Below are positions 9,912-19,463 of a stretch of 64,000 nt of DNA, piece after piece. The DNA comes from Ardenticatenia bacterium (GTDB lineage Bacteria > Chloroflexota > Anaerolineae > 4572-78 > NAK82): contig QEXY01000043.1 in NCBI GenBank assembly GCA_003130875.1, positions 19,141-83,140 of the forward strand. The letters are read 5' to 3'. The translations under genes were made by a program, and so were the position numbers. A model generated the notes under the pieces. It ran no database searches. It was not told the origin of the DNA and saw only the letters and a program-made list of their open reading frames with translations. Numbering within the stretch: the first letter of the stretch is position 1; every line of letters begins with the position of its first letter.

Positions 9912-10183
9912 AAATACACCATCCTTCTCGGACTTTTTTCAAGGCTTCCCAATTGTCGCGCCTCTGGTGATGGGGTAGGCACTGAGATGAAGCATAGACA
10001 TATCCGCGCCCGGGGCAGGCACATCCCGCGGTTGTTCCCTGGGGTGGCTATGATCATTGACTCGTCAGACCTCGGTGTGCCTTGAGCTCAGAACAAAAAT
10101 CATCCGCAACGGGGATAAGAGATGCCGCTTCGCCTTGCACAACCCAATCTCTCTTGCCACGAGCTGCCCCGTCGGACATCTCT

Positions 10184-10212
10184 ATGATAACAGAGCTGTC
10201 AAGGTATGTCAA
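10184..10212 (-). promoter_or_regulatory. sigma70-type promoter TTGACA-17-TATCAT for the BMP ABC operon
   Basis: Minus strand reads TTGACA-taccttgacagctctgt-TATCAT. It lies ~265 nt upstream of the ATPase start and 2 nt from repeat copy 1. Confidence 0.45.
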
Positions 10213-10214
10213 TC

Positions 10215-10304
10215 GAGAGTATTGAAAAACTCTTTAGTTACACGCTTTATTGGCCCATTTTCCTATGAAAATCTGAGCGGTCAAGGGACTTTTTCAACAC
10301 CCTC
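10215..10304 (+). repeat. ~90-nt hairpin repeat, copy 1
   Basis: GAGAGTATTGAAAAACTCTTTAGTTACACGC...GGTCAAGGGACTTTTTCAACACCCTC. Near-identical to copies at 21817, 41138 and 57557. Flanked by direct GTCAATC(G). Confidence 0.9.
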
Positions 10305-10516
10305 GTCAATCGGCGCAAGAAAGGGGCATTTCACCTTTGGGAAAGCTAGGTCAAACCAGGTCGCGTGTATGTAAACGTCGCGTATTCACCACCGCGCATG
10401 CGGAAAGAGATATGGAAAACTCTGCGGACCTCTGGACCCTCTGTAGTGAAAAAAACTTTCTATCAGCCGCCACTCCAATTCACCCCCAAATGGAAATATC
10501 CTCATTTCTCCATCAT

Positions 10517-11344
10517 TCATTTCACGCCGTTATTTTCCCGCTCCGATGTTTTCCGACGCAGAGTCACATCTCCGACGAGAATGGAGATCGTACGGCCATC
10601 GGGGAGGTGAAGGAGTAACGCTCCCGTTTCGTCTACCGATTCGGCAAATCCTGAGAAGGTACCCTCAGGTGCGACCACAGTGACCTCTTGGCCCAATGGT
10701 AACAAATGCGCCGCCCACTCAGACACAGGGCTATGTCCTGCACGCAATGCCTCGTAGCGTCTCTCCACATGTGAGAGCAAAGAGGTTAGCAAGGGCAAAC
10801 GGGCGACCGGACGACCTATTGCCTCGGAGAGGCTGATGGCAGTGCCACTCAGCTCGGGCAGCTGGCTGAAGTCTACATTGACGTTCAATCCCATACCCAC
10901 GATGACCCAGGCTATTTTGTTCTCCTGAGATATTTCGATCTCTGTGAGGATCCCGGCCAGCTTTTTGTCGCGGAGCAGCACGTCGTTGGGCCATTTGAGA
11001 TTGGGACGTAGGCCGGTCACTTCATATACAGCATCCGCTATCGCCAGCGCACAGACCATTGTCACCCACTGAGCACGGTTCGGCAGCAGAAAAGTGGGTC
11101 GGAAAAGGATGGAGAATAGAAGGCTGGACCGTGCCGGCGCGATCCATTTTCGGGCCATGCGGCCGCGACCGCACAACTGCTCGTCGGCAATAACAAGTGT
11201 CCCCTCTGTGGCTCCCTGTTCTGCCAGACGCTTGAGTTCATCCTGGGTTGAGCTGGTCGTCCTGTGAAAGACAGTCGGCCGTCCCACCCAACGTGTCATC
11301 AAGGCTGCGGTGATCACCTCTGCCGAGAGATCATATCCTGTCAT
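10517..11344 (-). CDS. birA: biotin--[acetyl-CoA-carboxylase] ligase (class I, no HTH)
   Basis: 'GRGRMARKWIAP' biotin-ligase motif. ATG at 11344 overlaps the upstream stop (ATGA). The longer ORF-track start at 11383 was rejected. Confidence 0.85.
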   Translation of the reverse strand: MTGYDLSAEVITAALMTRWVGRPTVFHRTTSSTQDELKRLAEQGATEGTLVIADEQLCGRGRMARKWIAPARSSLLFSILFRPTFLLPNRAQWVTMVCALAIADAVYEVTGLRPNLKWPNDVLLRDKKLAGILTEIEISQENKIAWVIVGMGLNVNVDFSQLPELSGTAISLSEAIGRPVARLPLLTSLLSHVERRYEALRAGHSPVSEWAAHLLPLGQEVTVVAPEGTFSGFAESVDETGALLLHLPDGRTISILVGDVTLRRKTSERENNGVK

Positions 11345-12258
11345 ATGGTTTCGCCTCTTCCTCCTGAAGCTTTCCACAACCACGAGCGCAGAATCGCCAG
11401 GGCGGCAACACCGTCCGGCGTTGTCACCCCCAATTGCTCCAGCAGCGCCTCATCTTCCTCTTTGAGCAACATCTCCCCCAGTCTCGAGTGTGCCAGGTCA
11501 CGCAGATCTTCCCACACGGCGTCCTGGACAGGATGATCATCCACTATTTTGCCATCCCGCATAGTTAAGATGCGTCGTGTGCGCCGTGCCACCCGAGGGT
11601 CGTGGGTCACCACCAAGATAGTGGTCCCCTGGGTTTGATTGATGTGTTCAAATAGGTCCATAATCTCGCTGCCGCTCTGGGTGTCGAGACTGCCGGTGGG
11701 CTCATCAGCCAGGATAATCGCAGGATCGTTGGCCAGAGCACGTGCAACCGCCACACGCTGACGTTGTCCGCCGGACAGTTGAGCAGGAATGTGGTTCATC
11801 CGGTCAGCCAGCCCCACCAGCTCCAGGAGATGTTCCGCTCGCCGACGCATTTGAGACTTGCTGATCCTCTGACCATGCATGGGAACCTCAACGTTCTCAC
11901 GCGCAGTGAGTGTGGGCAACAAGTTGTGCAGCTGGAAGACGAACCCGACAGTGCACGCGCGGAAACGGTCTACGTCCCGAATGGTGGTCAAGTCTTCGCC
12001 ATTCACGATGACGCGTCCGCTGGTAGGCCGGTCTAATGCACCGATGAGATTCAGGAGAGTGCTTTTGCCACTGCCCGAGGGCCCCATGACTGCGAGGAAC
12101 TCTCCCTTGTGAACGACCATATCCACGCCGTCCAAGGCGCGCACGACGACTCCATCGCCATAATAGCGCGTCAGCTGATAGGTGGCGACAACCACCGGCT
12201 GTTCGCAATCTTCTGTTTCGCGCTTTGCTTGCGATCCATTAGGCATCGTTTCATTCAT
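11341..12258 (-). CDS. ABC transporter ATP-binding protein (MacB/LolD type) with ~70-aa C-terminal extension
   Basis: Walker A 'GPSGSGKST', signature '[14 protein letters not shown]', Walker B 'ILADEPT'. ATG at 12258 overlaps the upstream permease stop by 8 nt. Confidence 0.85.
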   Translation of the reverse strand: MNETMPNGSQAKRETEDCEQPVVVATYQLTRYYGDGVVVRALDGVDMVVHKGEFLAVMGPSGSGKSTLLNLIGALDRPTSGRVIVNGEDLTTIRDVDRFRACTVGFVFQLHNLLPTLTARENVEVPMHGQRISKSQMRRRAEHLLELVGLADRMNHIPAQLSGGQRQRVAVARALANDPAIILADEPTGSLDTQSGSEIMDLFEHINQTQGTTILVVTHDPRVARRTRRILTMRDGKIVDDHPVQDAVWEDLRDLAHSRLGEMLLKEEDEALLEQLGVTTPDGVAALAILRSWLWKASGGRGETI

Positions 12259-14476
12259 ATCGTAATGCCTCCACCGGCTGTAGCTGTGCGGCGCGCCAGG
12301 CAGGGTACAGACCGCCCGCAAGACCCAGTAAGAGGGCAACCGCCAGCGACTGCCCAACGAGCTGAGGCGTGTAGACGGCGGTCAGGAACGCTCCAAAGTC
12401 GGGAGCTGATTGTAACGCTAGCGTGAGCCCCCAACCTGCCAGCAGACCCACCCCGCCGGCAAGCCCACTCAGCACCAGCGCTTCGCTCAGTACCATCCAG
12501 AGCACACGTGCTTTGCGCCAGCCAAGAGCGCGCAACGTGCCAATCTCACGCGTGCGCTCCATCACCGACATCACCATCGTGTTAGTTACCACAATCCCAC
12601 CCACTATTAGCGCCAATGCAAACACCGCGTTCATCATAGCTTTGGTGTTCTGGAAATCCGCCAAATTATTGCCAAATGTCGCGCTCAAGGATACGGACAC
12701 CTCACCGCCTAGCCGTGACTCAATCAGGTCACGCACAGTTTGCGCTTGGGATGGATTGTGCAACTTAATCTGATACAAGCTTACCTGATGACGTTTCTGA
12801 AATGCTCGTTGCGCCTCACGCAAGGCGATCACACCGGCAGCGTCTTCATAAGCGGTACCGGTCTCGAAGATGCCAACGACTCGGTAGACACCTCCTGGAA
12901 GGATGAGGGTATCCCCCACTTTTTTCTTCAAGTTCCGGGCCGCCGTGTGCCCGAGCATCACCTCGCGCCGGGCAACGATATGCCGTCCTTGTACAATGCG
13001 ATAGCGCGACAGCGATGGATCCGCTGGGTCAATACCCAGAATAAAAAGAAACGGCAGGTCTTCTCCGGTGCTGACCCCCCATAGGATGCCCGATACATAT
13101 GCTACCTCAGGCATCGCTGCGATCGCACGTCCCACGCGCTCGTCGACCACTGAGTAGCCCATATCGGCGACACCGGCCTGCACGACTACCAATTCTGCTC
13201 CACCCCGGCTCACAAAAGCATTCAGCTGCTGTATCGAACCTTCTGTTATGGCTCCCAGCGATAGGATCAGCGCGCTGCCGATTGTAATGCCGATCATGGT
13301 CAACAGACTGCGCGTGCGACGTCTCCAAACGGCGCGCAATGTCAGGCTCAGATGGAGCACCCAAGTGGGTTCTCTGCCTGTCTCCGCTCCCATTTCATAA
13401 CGCAACGCCTCGATGGGCCTCAAACTTGCTGCACGCCACGCCGGGTAAATCCCCCCGATGAAACCCAGGATCAGTGCCATCACAAGCCCTTGAAGGAGCA
13501 ACGCTGCTTTTAGAGAAGCTGGTGCTATACTTGCAATGGCGGGAGTCCGATTCACCCCCCATGTTAGTCCAAGCCCAATGCCTATGCCGAATAAGCCACC
13601 TAGCAGGCTCAAGGAGACAGACTGTCCCAGGATCAGTCCCAGAACACGACGACGGCGCCATCCTAGTGCCCTCAATACCCCGATTTCATGAGTCTGTTCG
13701 AACACAGCCATTATCATCGTGTTCATCATACCAAGCCCGCCGATGAGGATTGCGATCATGCTGATTCCCCACGCCATGCTGCGGATGGTCTCAACTGTCT
13801 GCTGCTCATCAGCCAGATCGCTGGCTTTTGTTACAGATACCTCGGGCGACAAATCCTCGATCAGTTGTTTTGCTTTGTCTGCCTCGGACGGGTTATATAA
13901 GCGCACCTCGAAAAAACTCACGCGGCGTGACTTCTTTAGAATGCGTTGCGCATCGCTCAAGGAGATCACGGCACCGCTATCCTCGAACAGCTGTCCGGTC
14001 TCATATATGCCAACCACAAAGAACGGTCTGCTGAACAGCCTTACCGTATCCCCAATATCCTTCTCTAGATTGGTGGCAGCCTGCCGCCCCAACAACATCT
14101 GCCCTGGACGCATAAGACGACCACCCTGGACAATGCGGAAATGCTGTATACTTGTGCCTTCTGGATCGTGACCGTTGATAAAGAAATAAGGCACCTTTTC
14201 AAGCGCCACCAATCCCACAACGACACCTGAGACGTTGCGTACTCCCGGCAGCTGGGCGATGCGCGACCCCAGCTCCTCTTCCAAGGCACTTAGGGTAATG
14301 TCGTAGACATTCGCCTGCATGACCAATAGATCGGTGTCACCTGCTATGCCGGCATAGCCTTGGGCGAGCCCCTCGGCCATGGCACCTAAAACCACAACCG
14401 CCGCTACCCCGATGGCGATTCCCAAGATGGTCAGGAAGCTGCGCACACGACGTCGCCAAAGACCGTGCCAGACCAT
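12251..14476 (-). CDS. MacB-like ABC permease, internally duplicated (two MacB_PCD + FtsX modules)
   Basis: 741 aa. Both halves begin with the same pattern ('WRRRVRSFLTILGIAIGVAAVV' and 'WRRRTRSLLTMIGITIGSALIL') and end 'PIEALRYE'/'PVEALRYE'. Confidence 0.85.
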   Translation of the reverse strand: MVWHGLWRRRVRSFLTILGIAIGVAAVVVLGAMAEGLAQGYAGIAGDTDLLVMQANVYDITLSALEEELGSRIAQLPGVRNVSGVVVGLVALEKVPYFFINGHDPEGTSIQHFRIVQGGRLMRPGQMLLGRQAATNLEKDIGDTVRLFSRPFFVVGIYETGQLFEDSGAVISLSDAQRILKKSRRVSFFEVRLYNPSEADKAKQLIEDLSPEVSVTKASDLADEQQTVETIRSMAWGISMIAILIGGLGMMNTMIMAVFEQTHEIGVLRALGWRRRRVLGLILGQSVSLSLLGGLFGIGIGLGLTWGVNRTPAIASIAPASLKAALLLQGLVMALILGFIGGIYPAWRAASLRPIEALRYEMGAETGREPTWVLHLSLTLRAVWRRRTRSLLTMIGITIGSALILSLGAITEGSIQQLNAFVSRGGAELVVVQAGVADMGYSVVDERVGRAIAAMPEVAYVSGILWGVSTGEDLPFLFILGIDPADPSLSRYRIVQGRHIVARREVMLGHTAARNLKKKVGDTLILPGGVYRVVGIFETGTAYEDAAGVIALREAQRAFQKRHQVSLYQIKLHNPSQAQTVRDLIESRLGGEVSVSLSATFGNNLADFQNTKAMMNAVFALALIVGGIVVTNTMVMSVMERTREIGTLRALGWRKARVLWMVLSEALVLSGLAGGVGLLAGWGLTLALQSAPDFGAFLTAVYTPQLVGQSLAVALLLGLAGGLYPAWRAAQLQPVEALRYE

Positions 14477-14587
14477 TCTTTCCCTCTTTTAACGGAAGTA
14501 GTGTCCCTGGTGCCTTCATTATATATCTGTGCAGAGAGGCGCGCGATCATCTTCGGTCTCTTGACCCTCACTTCAGGATGGCTTGCT

Positions 14588-14616
14588 TTGCGAGCGTCAT
14601 ACCGCTCCACTATACT
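14588..14616 (+). promoter_or_regulatory. promoter TTGCGA-17-TATACT ending 7 nt before the ATG (possible leaderless mRNA)
   Basis: Hexamers read directly. There is no Shine-Dalgarno between the -10 and ATG 14624. Confidence 0.35.
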
Positions 14617-14623
14617 GTGAACG

Positions 14624-16294
14624 ATGCATGTCGATTTTCTGACTCTGGCTTGCCTGCGAGATGAGCTGGATCGCCTGTTGGGAGCGCGCGTTCAGCACGT
14701 CATGCTGTTGGACGAGCTGTCCATCGGCTTGGAGCTTTACGCTGGACGCCGTCATTATCTGTTACTCTCAGCCCACCCCCAGCTGGCGCGCATATGCTTG
14801 CTGTCAGAACGCCCCCGGCGTGGCCCGGATGTAGAACCACCTATATTGCTCCTCCTGCGCAAATGGCTGCGCGGTGCCCGCGTGACAGATGTCACCCAAC
14901 CCCCGTGGGAACGTGTCCTCATTTTTCACTTTGAAGGGGCGCAGGGCCGTTGCCAGCTGATAGCGGAGATGATGGATCGTTACAGCAATTTAGTGCTGGT
15001 CAGCCCGGACGGGCGCGTGTTGGACGCCATCAAACGGGTCGGGCCAGAGGTGAACCGCAGGCGAGTTACGTTGCCTGGACAGCCCTATCAAATGCCGCCG
15101 CCGCAGAGCAACCGCCACCCGCCTGTGGTGGTGGACTGGGTCGCCTTGCTACGTTCTGTTTCCCCAGAGCGACCTTTGCATGCTGTACTGACGGGTCATC
15201 TGCTGGGAGTCAGTCCCACTCTGGCCCATGAAATCGCCACCCGAGCGACCGGCAATTCCCTGGCACTGGTGCGGGATGCCGACCCAAGGGTTGTGGGCAA
15301 GTGCACTGCGGATCTGTTCGCTCCACTCCTCAACGGGCAGTGGCAGCCGCACATCGGGCTGGATGAGCATGGTGAGATTGTCGCGTGGGCGCCTTACCCG
15401 CTCTTTCAGTTTCCGCGTAGCGAGCCGGTAGCGACCATCAGCGAGGCGATGGAACGTTTCTTTACCATCCGCACTGGACAAGATGCCTATGCCATAGCAC
15501 GTCGTGAAGTGCAGAACGCTATCGACGCCGCCAAACGCCAGGTCGAGCAGGCGTTGATCAAGGTGCGCACTCAGATCCCGGATGAACGGGAAGTGCAATG
15601 GTTACGCGAAGCGGGTGAATTATTGTTGATCCACCAGCACACAGTTGAGCAGGGCGCGGAGCAAGTCATGCTGCCCGACTACGAGGGCACGGTGCGGTGC
15701 ATCACCCTTGACCCGACACGATCGGTCATCGAGAACGCCCAGCTCTATTTCCAGCGCTATCGAAAAATGACTCGTGCGGCGCACGGGTTGCCGGCGCGAG
15801 TCGCGGAGCTGGAAGCGGAAATAGCCTTTCTGGAACAGCTGGCGGCCGATTTGCGCCTGGCCCAGACACGTGCAGAAATCGATGCCGTACGGGAAGAGCT
15901 GGCCGAGGCAGGCTGGATATCGCGATCACGTCATCCCAGCGCAACGAGGAGAGGACCGACGCGCCTGATAATAGACGGCTTTACCATTTATGTGGGTCGC
16001 AATGCCCGGCAAAACGAAGAGGTCACTTTTAAGCTGGCGACCCCCGACGATCTATGGCTGCATGTGCGCGGCCAACCAGGAGCTCATGTCGTTATCAAAA
16101 GTGGTGGTCGCGAAGTGCCCCAACACGTCGTTGAACGGGCTGCCCGACTGGCATTGCGTAATGGCACGATCAGCGCACCGGTGGACATCACCCAAAGACG
16201 TTTTGTGCGCCGTATGCCAGGCGGACGTCCAGGTATGGTGATCTATCGTAACGAGCGGACCTTGTGGGTCAAACCTGATGAACAGGCTGAGTGA
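14624..16294 (+). CDS. NFACT-family protein (RqcH / FbpA-like ribosome quality control factor)
   Basis: 556 aa. N-terminal NFACT-N-like region and a coiled-coil middle. C-terminal 'LWLHVRGQPGAHVVIK' matches DUF814/NFACT-R. Confidence 0.7.
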   Translation: MHVDFLTLACLRDELDRLLGARVQHVMLLDELSIGLELYAGRRHYLLLSAHPQLARICLLSERPRRGPDVEPPILLLLRKWLRGARVTDVTQPPWERVLIFHFEGAQGRCQLIAEMMDRYSNLVLVSPDGRVLDAIKRVGPEVNRRRVTLPGQPYQMPPPQSNRHPPVVVDWVALLRSVSPERPLHAVLTGHLLGVSPTLAHEIATRATGNSLALVRDADPRVVGKCTADLFAPLLNGQWQPHIGLDEHGEIVAWAPYPLFQFPRSEPVATISEAMERFFTIRTGQDAYAIARREVQNAIDAAKRQVEQALIKVRTQIPDEREVQWLREAGELLLIHQHTVEQGAEQVMLPDYEGTVRCITLDPTRSVIENAQLYFQRYRKMTRAAHGLPARVAELEAEIAFLEQLAADLRLAQTRAEIDAVREELAEAGWISRSRHPSATRRGPTRLIIDGFTIYVGRNARQNEEVTFKLATPDDLWLHVRGQPGAHVVIKSGGREVPQHVVERAARLALRNGTISAPVDITQRRFVRRMPGGRPGMVIYRNERTLWVKPDEQAE

Positions 16295-17525
16295 CCATAA
16301 CCGTCGCCAGGGCCATATCTTAGTGGTGGACGATAGTGTGCAAGAGCGCATCATGCTGACACGTTTGCTCGAGCGAATGGGGCATACCGTGGTGCCAGCT
16401 GGCAATGGACATGAAGCGCTGGAACGCCTTACCCACGACGACTTTGATCTCGTCCTCCTCGACCTTATCATGCCCGAGATGGACGGGATACAAGTGCTCG
16501 AGCGTATTCGGTCTGATCCACTGCGAAAACACATTCCAGTCTTCATAATCTCGGCGTTAGATGACATGGAGAGTATTGTGCGGTGTGTTGAACTGGGCGC
16601 CGAGGACTATTTACCCAAGCCCATTAACGAAACACTGCTGCGTGCCCACGTATCCGCTGCTCTTGAAAAGAAATGGCTGCGCGACCAAGAACGCGCATAC
16701 CTGGCTGCTATCCGGCGGGAGATGGAATTGGGCCGCCAGATCCAAGCCGACTTCATGCCGGTCGATCTGCCCCACATATCTAGCTGGGAAATTGCTGCAC
16801 GTTTCCTCCCCGCCGGTGAGGTATCAGGAGACTTTTTCGACGTATTCCAACCGTCTGATGCCTACATAAGCTTGGCGATAGGGGACGTCAGTGGCAAGGG
16901 CGTCGGTGCGGCCTTATTCGTAGCGTTGATTCGCACATTGCTACGCGCTTTCTCGGAAATCGACAATGGCAATCCGGACAGTGTTCTGAACGCGGTGCGT
17001 CTTGTTAACCGCTATATATTGCGCCACCATCAGCAACGTGCCAGCACGTTTGCTACACTCTTCCTGGGAGTCCTCACGATCCAGACAGGCGAGCTGCGGT
17101 ATATCAATGCGGGCCACGTTCCTGCTGTGTTGTCGCGCTGGGACGGTTCTCAGGAGCTGTTGTTTCCCAGCGGCCCAATGGTTGGAATAACCGAAATCCT
17201 GCCATTTGAGGAACATTCTACACAGTTGAACCCGGGAGACCTCCTTCTGCTCTATACAGATGGTGTCACAGAGGCGATGAACACAAAGTACCAGCTCTTC
17301 GGCATCGAACGATTACAAGAAGTGGTGTGCAGCGATGCCTCTTCACCAAGGCAACTGTTACAATCGATCGAGGCACATCTGATCACCCATAGCGGCGAGA
17401 CACCCTTCTCCGACGATGTGACGATGCTGGCGATTAAGCGGCTCGGAGACACTCCCGAAAAGTTGTCCGACCACCTGCCTCAAAGGAGGCCATGCCATGT
17501 TACGCAAACGCAAAACGGTCGATAA
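16278..17525 (+). CDS. response regulator receiver domain fused to PP2C/SpoIIE-type phosphatase
   Basis: 'ILVVDD...DLVLLDLIMPEMDG...KP' receiver domain, then 'GDFFDV...GDVSGKGV...YTDGVTEA' SpoIIE motifs. Confidence 0.85.
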   Translation: MNRLSDHNRRQGHILVVDDSVQERIMLTRLLERMGHTVVPAGNGHEALERLTHDDFDLVLLDLIMPEMDGIQVLERIRSDPLRKHIPVFIISALDDMESIVRCVELGAEDYLPKPINETLLRAHVSAALEKKWLRDQERAYLAAIRREMELGRQIQADFMPVDLPHISSWEIAARFLPAGEVSGDFFDVFQPSDAYISLAIGDVSGKGVGAALFVALIRTLLRAFSEIDNGNPDSVLNAVRLVNRYILRHHQQRASTFATLFLGVLTIQTGELRYINAGHVPAVLSRWDGSQELLFPSGPMVGITEILPFEEHSTQLNPGDLLLLYTDGVTEAMNTKYQLFGIERLQEVVCSDASSPRQLLQSIEAHLITHSGETPFSDDVTMLAIKRLGDTPEKLSDHLPQRRPCHVTQTQNGR

Positions 17526-17778
17526 AGACGCTGGACTGGTGTGCGTCTACGTTACTTCTGGCCTCTACCAGGCCGAGATCATCCGTGGCAAGCTGGAGGC
17601 GAACGATATTCCTGTGTTACTGAAGTACGAGAGCCTTGGCCCCGTGATGGGTCTTACCATAGATGGACTGGGTGAGGTGGAGGTATGGGTGCCGCGCGCC
17701 CTTGAACCGCAAGCACGTTCCTTGCTGGAGGAAAGTGCCCTCTCCACACCAGATGAAACAGCTGGAGAAGAAAAATAG
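17497..17778 (+). CDS. small DUF2007-like (putative signal-transducing) protein
   Basis: 93 aa. 'VCVYVTSGLYQAEIIRGKLEANDIPVLL' pattern. Overlaps the upstream gene end. Confidence 0.45.
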   Translation: MLRKRKTVDKDAGLVCVYVTSGLYQAEIIRGKLEANDIPVLLKYESLGPVMGLTIDGLGEVEVWVPRALEPQARSLLEESALSTPDETAGEEK

Positions 17779-17828
17779 TCCAGCCTGCAAGGTCATCGTG
17801 AGACAGATCGATGTCCCATCCTCACGTT

Positions 17829-18368
17829 TCACATTATCAGAGTACCAAACCAGGCCATGATGTACTGAATAGCGCCTGACATCAGCCAGGAGACAGCCAA
17901 TACAATCGCTGCCAACAACGCAGCAACTGCCACGTTGCCTTTTTGGAGCTCTGTCAGTTCATCTATTTCACCGGTCAGAAGATCGAACAACGCCACGGCT
18001 AATACGATGCCTGACAATGCCAGGACAAGCCCGACTGCCAGACCTGCCGCTTGGGTCAGCAGCGCGTAAATCGGGTAGAGACGCAGGTCCGCGTCAACGA
18101 CCGGAGGCACTGTCAGGGCCGGGCGCAGGATCAGGGCGATGCCCACAATGATACTGGCTACGACCAATCCCATCGCCACGTTGCCGCGTCGCAGCTCGGC
18201 CCACTCATCCAGATGGCGCGTTGCCCGATTGAAGAGCACCACACCCAAGTAGGTCGCGATCACCGTCATAATAATTGCCACACCGATCTGAGCGATTGAC
18301 AGAATCAGTTGCGCCATCGATTGCCTCCTCAACTCTTGGTGAGCACTATGGATTATAGCATCGAGCAT
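17829..18368 (-). CDS. DUF350-type membrane protein (tandem)
   Basis: 179 aa with 4-5 TM segments. 'ELRRGNVAMGLVVA' and 'ELQKGNVAVAALLA' repeats are typical of DUF350. Confidence 0.6.
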   Translation of the reverse strand: MLDAIIHSAHQELRRQSMAQLILSIAQIGVAIIMTVIATYLGVVLFNRATRHLDEWAELRRGNVAMGLVVASIIVGIALILRPALTVPPVVDADLRLYPIYALLTQAAGLAVGLVLALSGIVLAVALFDLLTGEIDELTELQKGNVAVAALLAAIVLAVSWLMSGAIQYIMAWFGTLIM

Positions 18369-18482
18369 ATTCCATGGCTATTGCCAAGATCTTCTCTCAC
18401 ATCGACCTGTCGGATCGAGCACAATTGACACAAAATTGTGTTGATATAAACTTAAGAATGGTGCGCTCTTGCCCGACATCAC

Positions 18483-19397
18483 TTGAAGATGAGGCGAGTG
18501 CAGGTGCTCAAGCTCGATCGATCTCAAATACTTTATTACCTGTATCGCTTGGCAGGTGAAATCGTGCCCCATATGCCACCTTGTATAGGATATCCTTTGT
18601 TCTCGGTGATCGGTGGCTTAGCATACCGGCTGAATGCTCGGGCGCGCCTTCAGGTTTGTCGCAACATCCGCTATGTCCTGGGAGATCACGCTTCGGAAGC
18701 AAGGGTTGCACGGCTGGCAAGGGCCACTTTCAATTACATTGCTTATAACTATTACGACCTATTCCGCCTGCCCACGTTGACCGATCATCAGGTGAATGCG
18801 ATGGTGCACGTGACAGGGTGGGAGAACGTGCGAGAGGCGCTCAAATTGGGAAAAGGGGTGGTGATGACATCTGCCCATTTTGGTAATATCGAGGTCGTGT
18901 TATATGCTATGCTGTTGCGTGGGGTTTCTATCACGATCCCAGCCGAGCGGGTTGAACCGCCAGAGCTGTTCGCGTATCTCACAAAACTCCGCACCAGCAA
19001 AGGGCTCAAATTGATCCCAGTCGATGGCCCTATGATTGAACTGGTGCGCACCCTGCGCCGCGGTGGGGTGGCTGGTATCGCAGGGGACCGTAATGTAGTG
19101 GGTGAGGGATGCGTCGTCACCTTCTTCGGTAGACCGGCGCGGCTTCCAGACGGTCACGTGCGGTTGGCTTTGCGCACAGGCGCGCCTTTGATGCTCGGCT
19201 TCAGTCGTCGTGTGCAACGGGATCGCTATGAGGCCACCTTTCTGCCCCATTTTCTCATCCCGGAAGAAGGGACAGAGGAAGAACGCTTCAAAGCAGGTAT
19301 GAGCTATGTTATTCGAGGACTAGAAGAGGCGATCGAAAAGTGTCCCGAACAATGGGCAATCACCGTTCCGATCTGGATTGAGGATCAGCTCCCGTGA
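18483..19397 (+). CDS. lysophospholipid/lipid A-type acyltransferase (HtrB/LpxL/PatA family)
   Basis: 304 aa. 'TSAHFGNIE' acyltransferase HX4(D/E) motif and 'GIAGDRN'. The exact start is uncertain. Confidence 0.75.
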   Translation: MKMRRVQVLKLDRSQILYYLYRLAGEIVPHMPPCIGYPLFSVIGGLAYRLNARARLQVCRNIRYVLGDHASEARVARLARATFNYIAYNYYDLFRLPTLTDHQVNAMVHVTGWENVREALKLGKGVVMTSAHFGNIEVVLYAMLLRGVSITIPAERVEPPELFAYLTKLRTSKGLKLIPVDGPMIELVRTLRRGGVAGIAGDRNVVGEGCVVTFFGRPARLPDGHVRLALRTGAPLMLGFSRRVQRDRYEATFLPHFLIPEEGTEEERFKAGMSYVIRGLEEAIEKCPEQWAITVPIWIEDQLP

Positions 19398-19463
19398 ACA
19401 GGTCTGCTGGCACGTTACATATGGCTGGCGAACATATAGATAAGGAAGAGGAACATCGCCGCA

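Noticed and set aside
10057-10374. ORFs 10057-10374 (+) and 21657-21950 (-) share the peptide 'LKNSLVTRFIGPFSYENLSGQGTFSTPS', which looks like a conserved small protein.
   Set aside because: The shared peptide is just the translation of the ~90-nt hairpin repeat. Flanking ORF sequence is unrelated, there is no RBS, copies 3 and 4 are not in ORFs, and 1-nt indels between copies break the frame.
11345-11383. Longer ORF-track starts for birA (11383), the MacB-type ATPase (12357), the deoC-like gene (30368), the SBP (41031), the permease (43379), the anti-sigma factor (60197) and others.
   Set aside because: The extensions overlap the preceding gene, lack an RBS and add non-homologous residues. 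Internal ATGs with an RBS or with ATGA-type coupling fit better.
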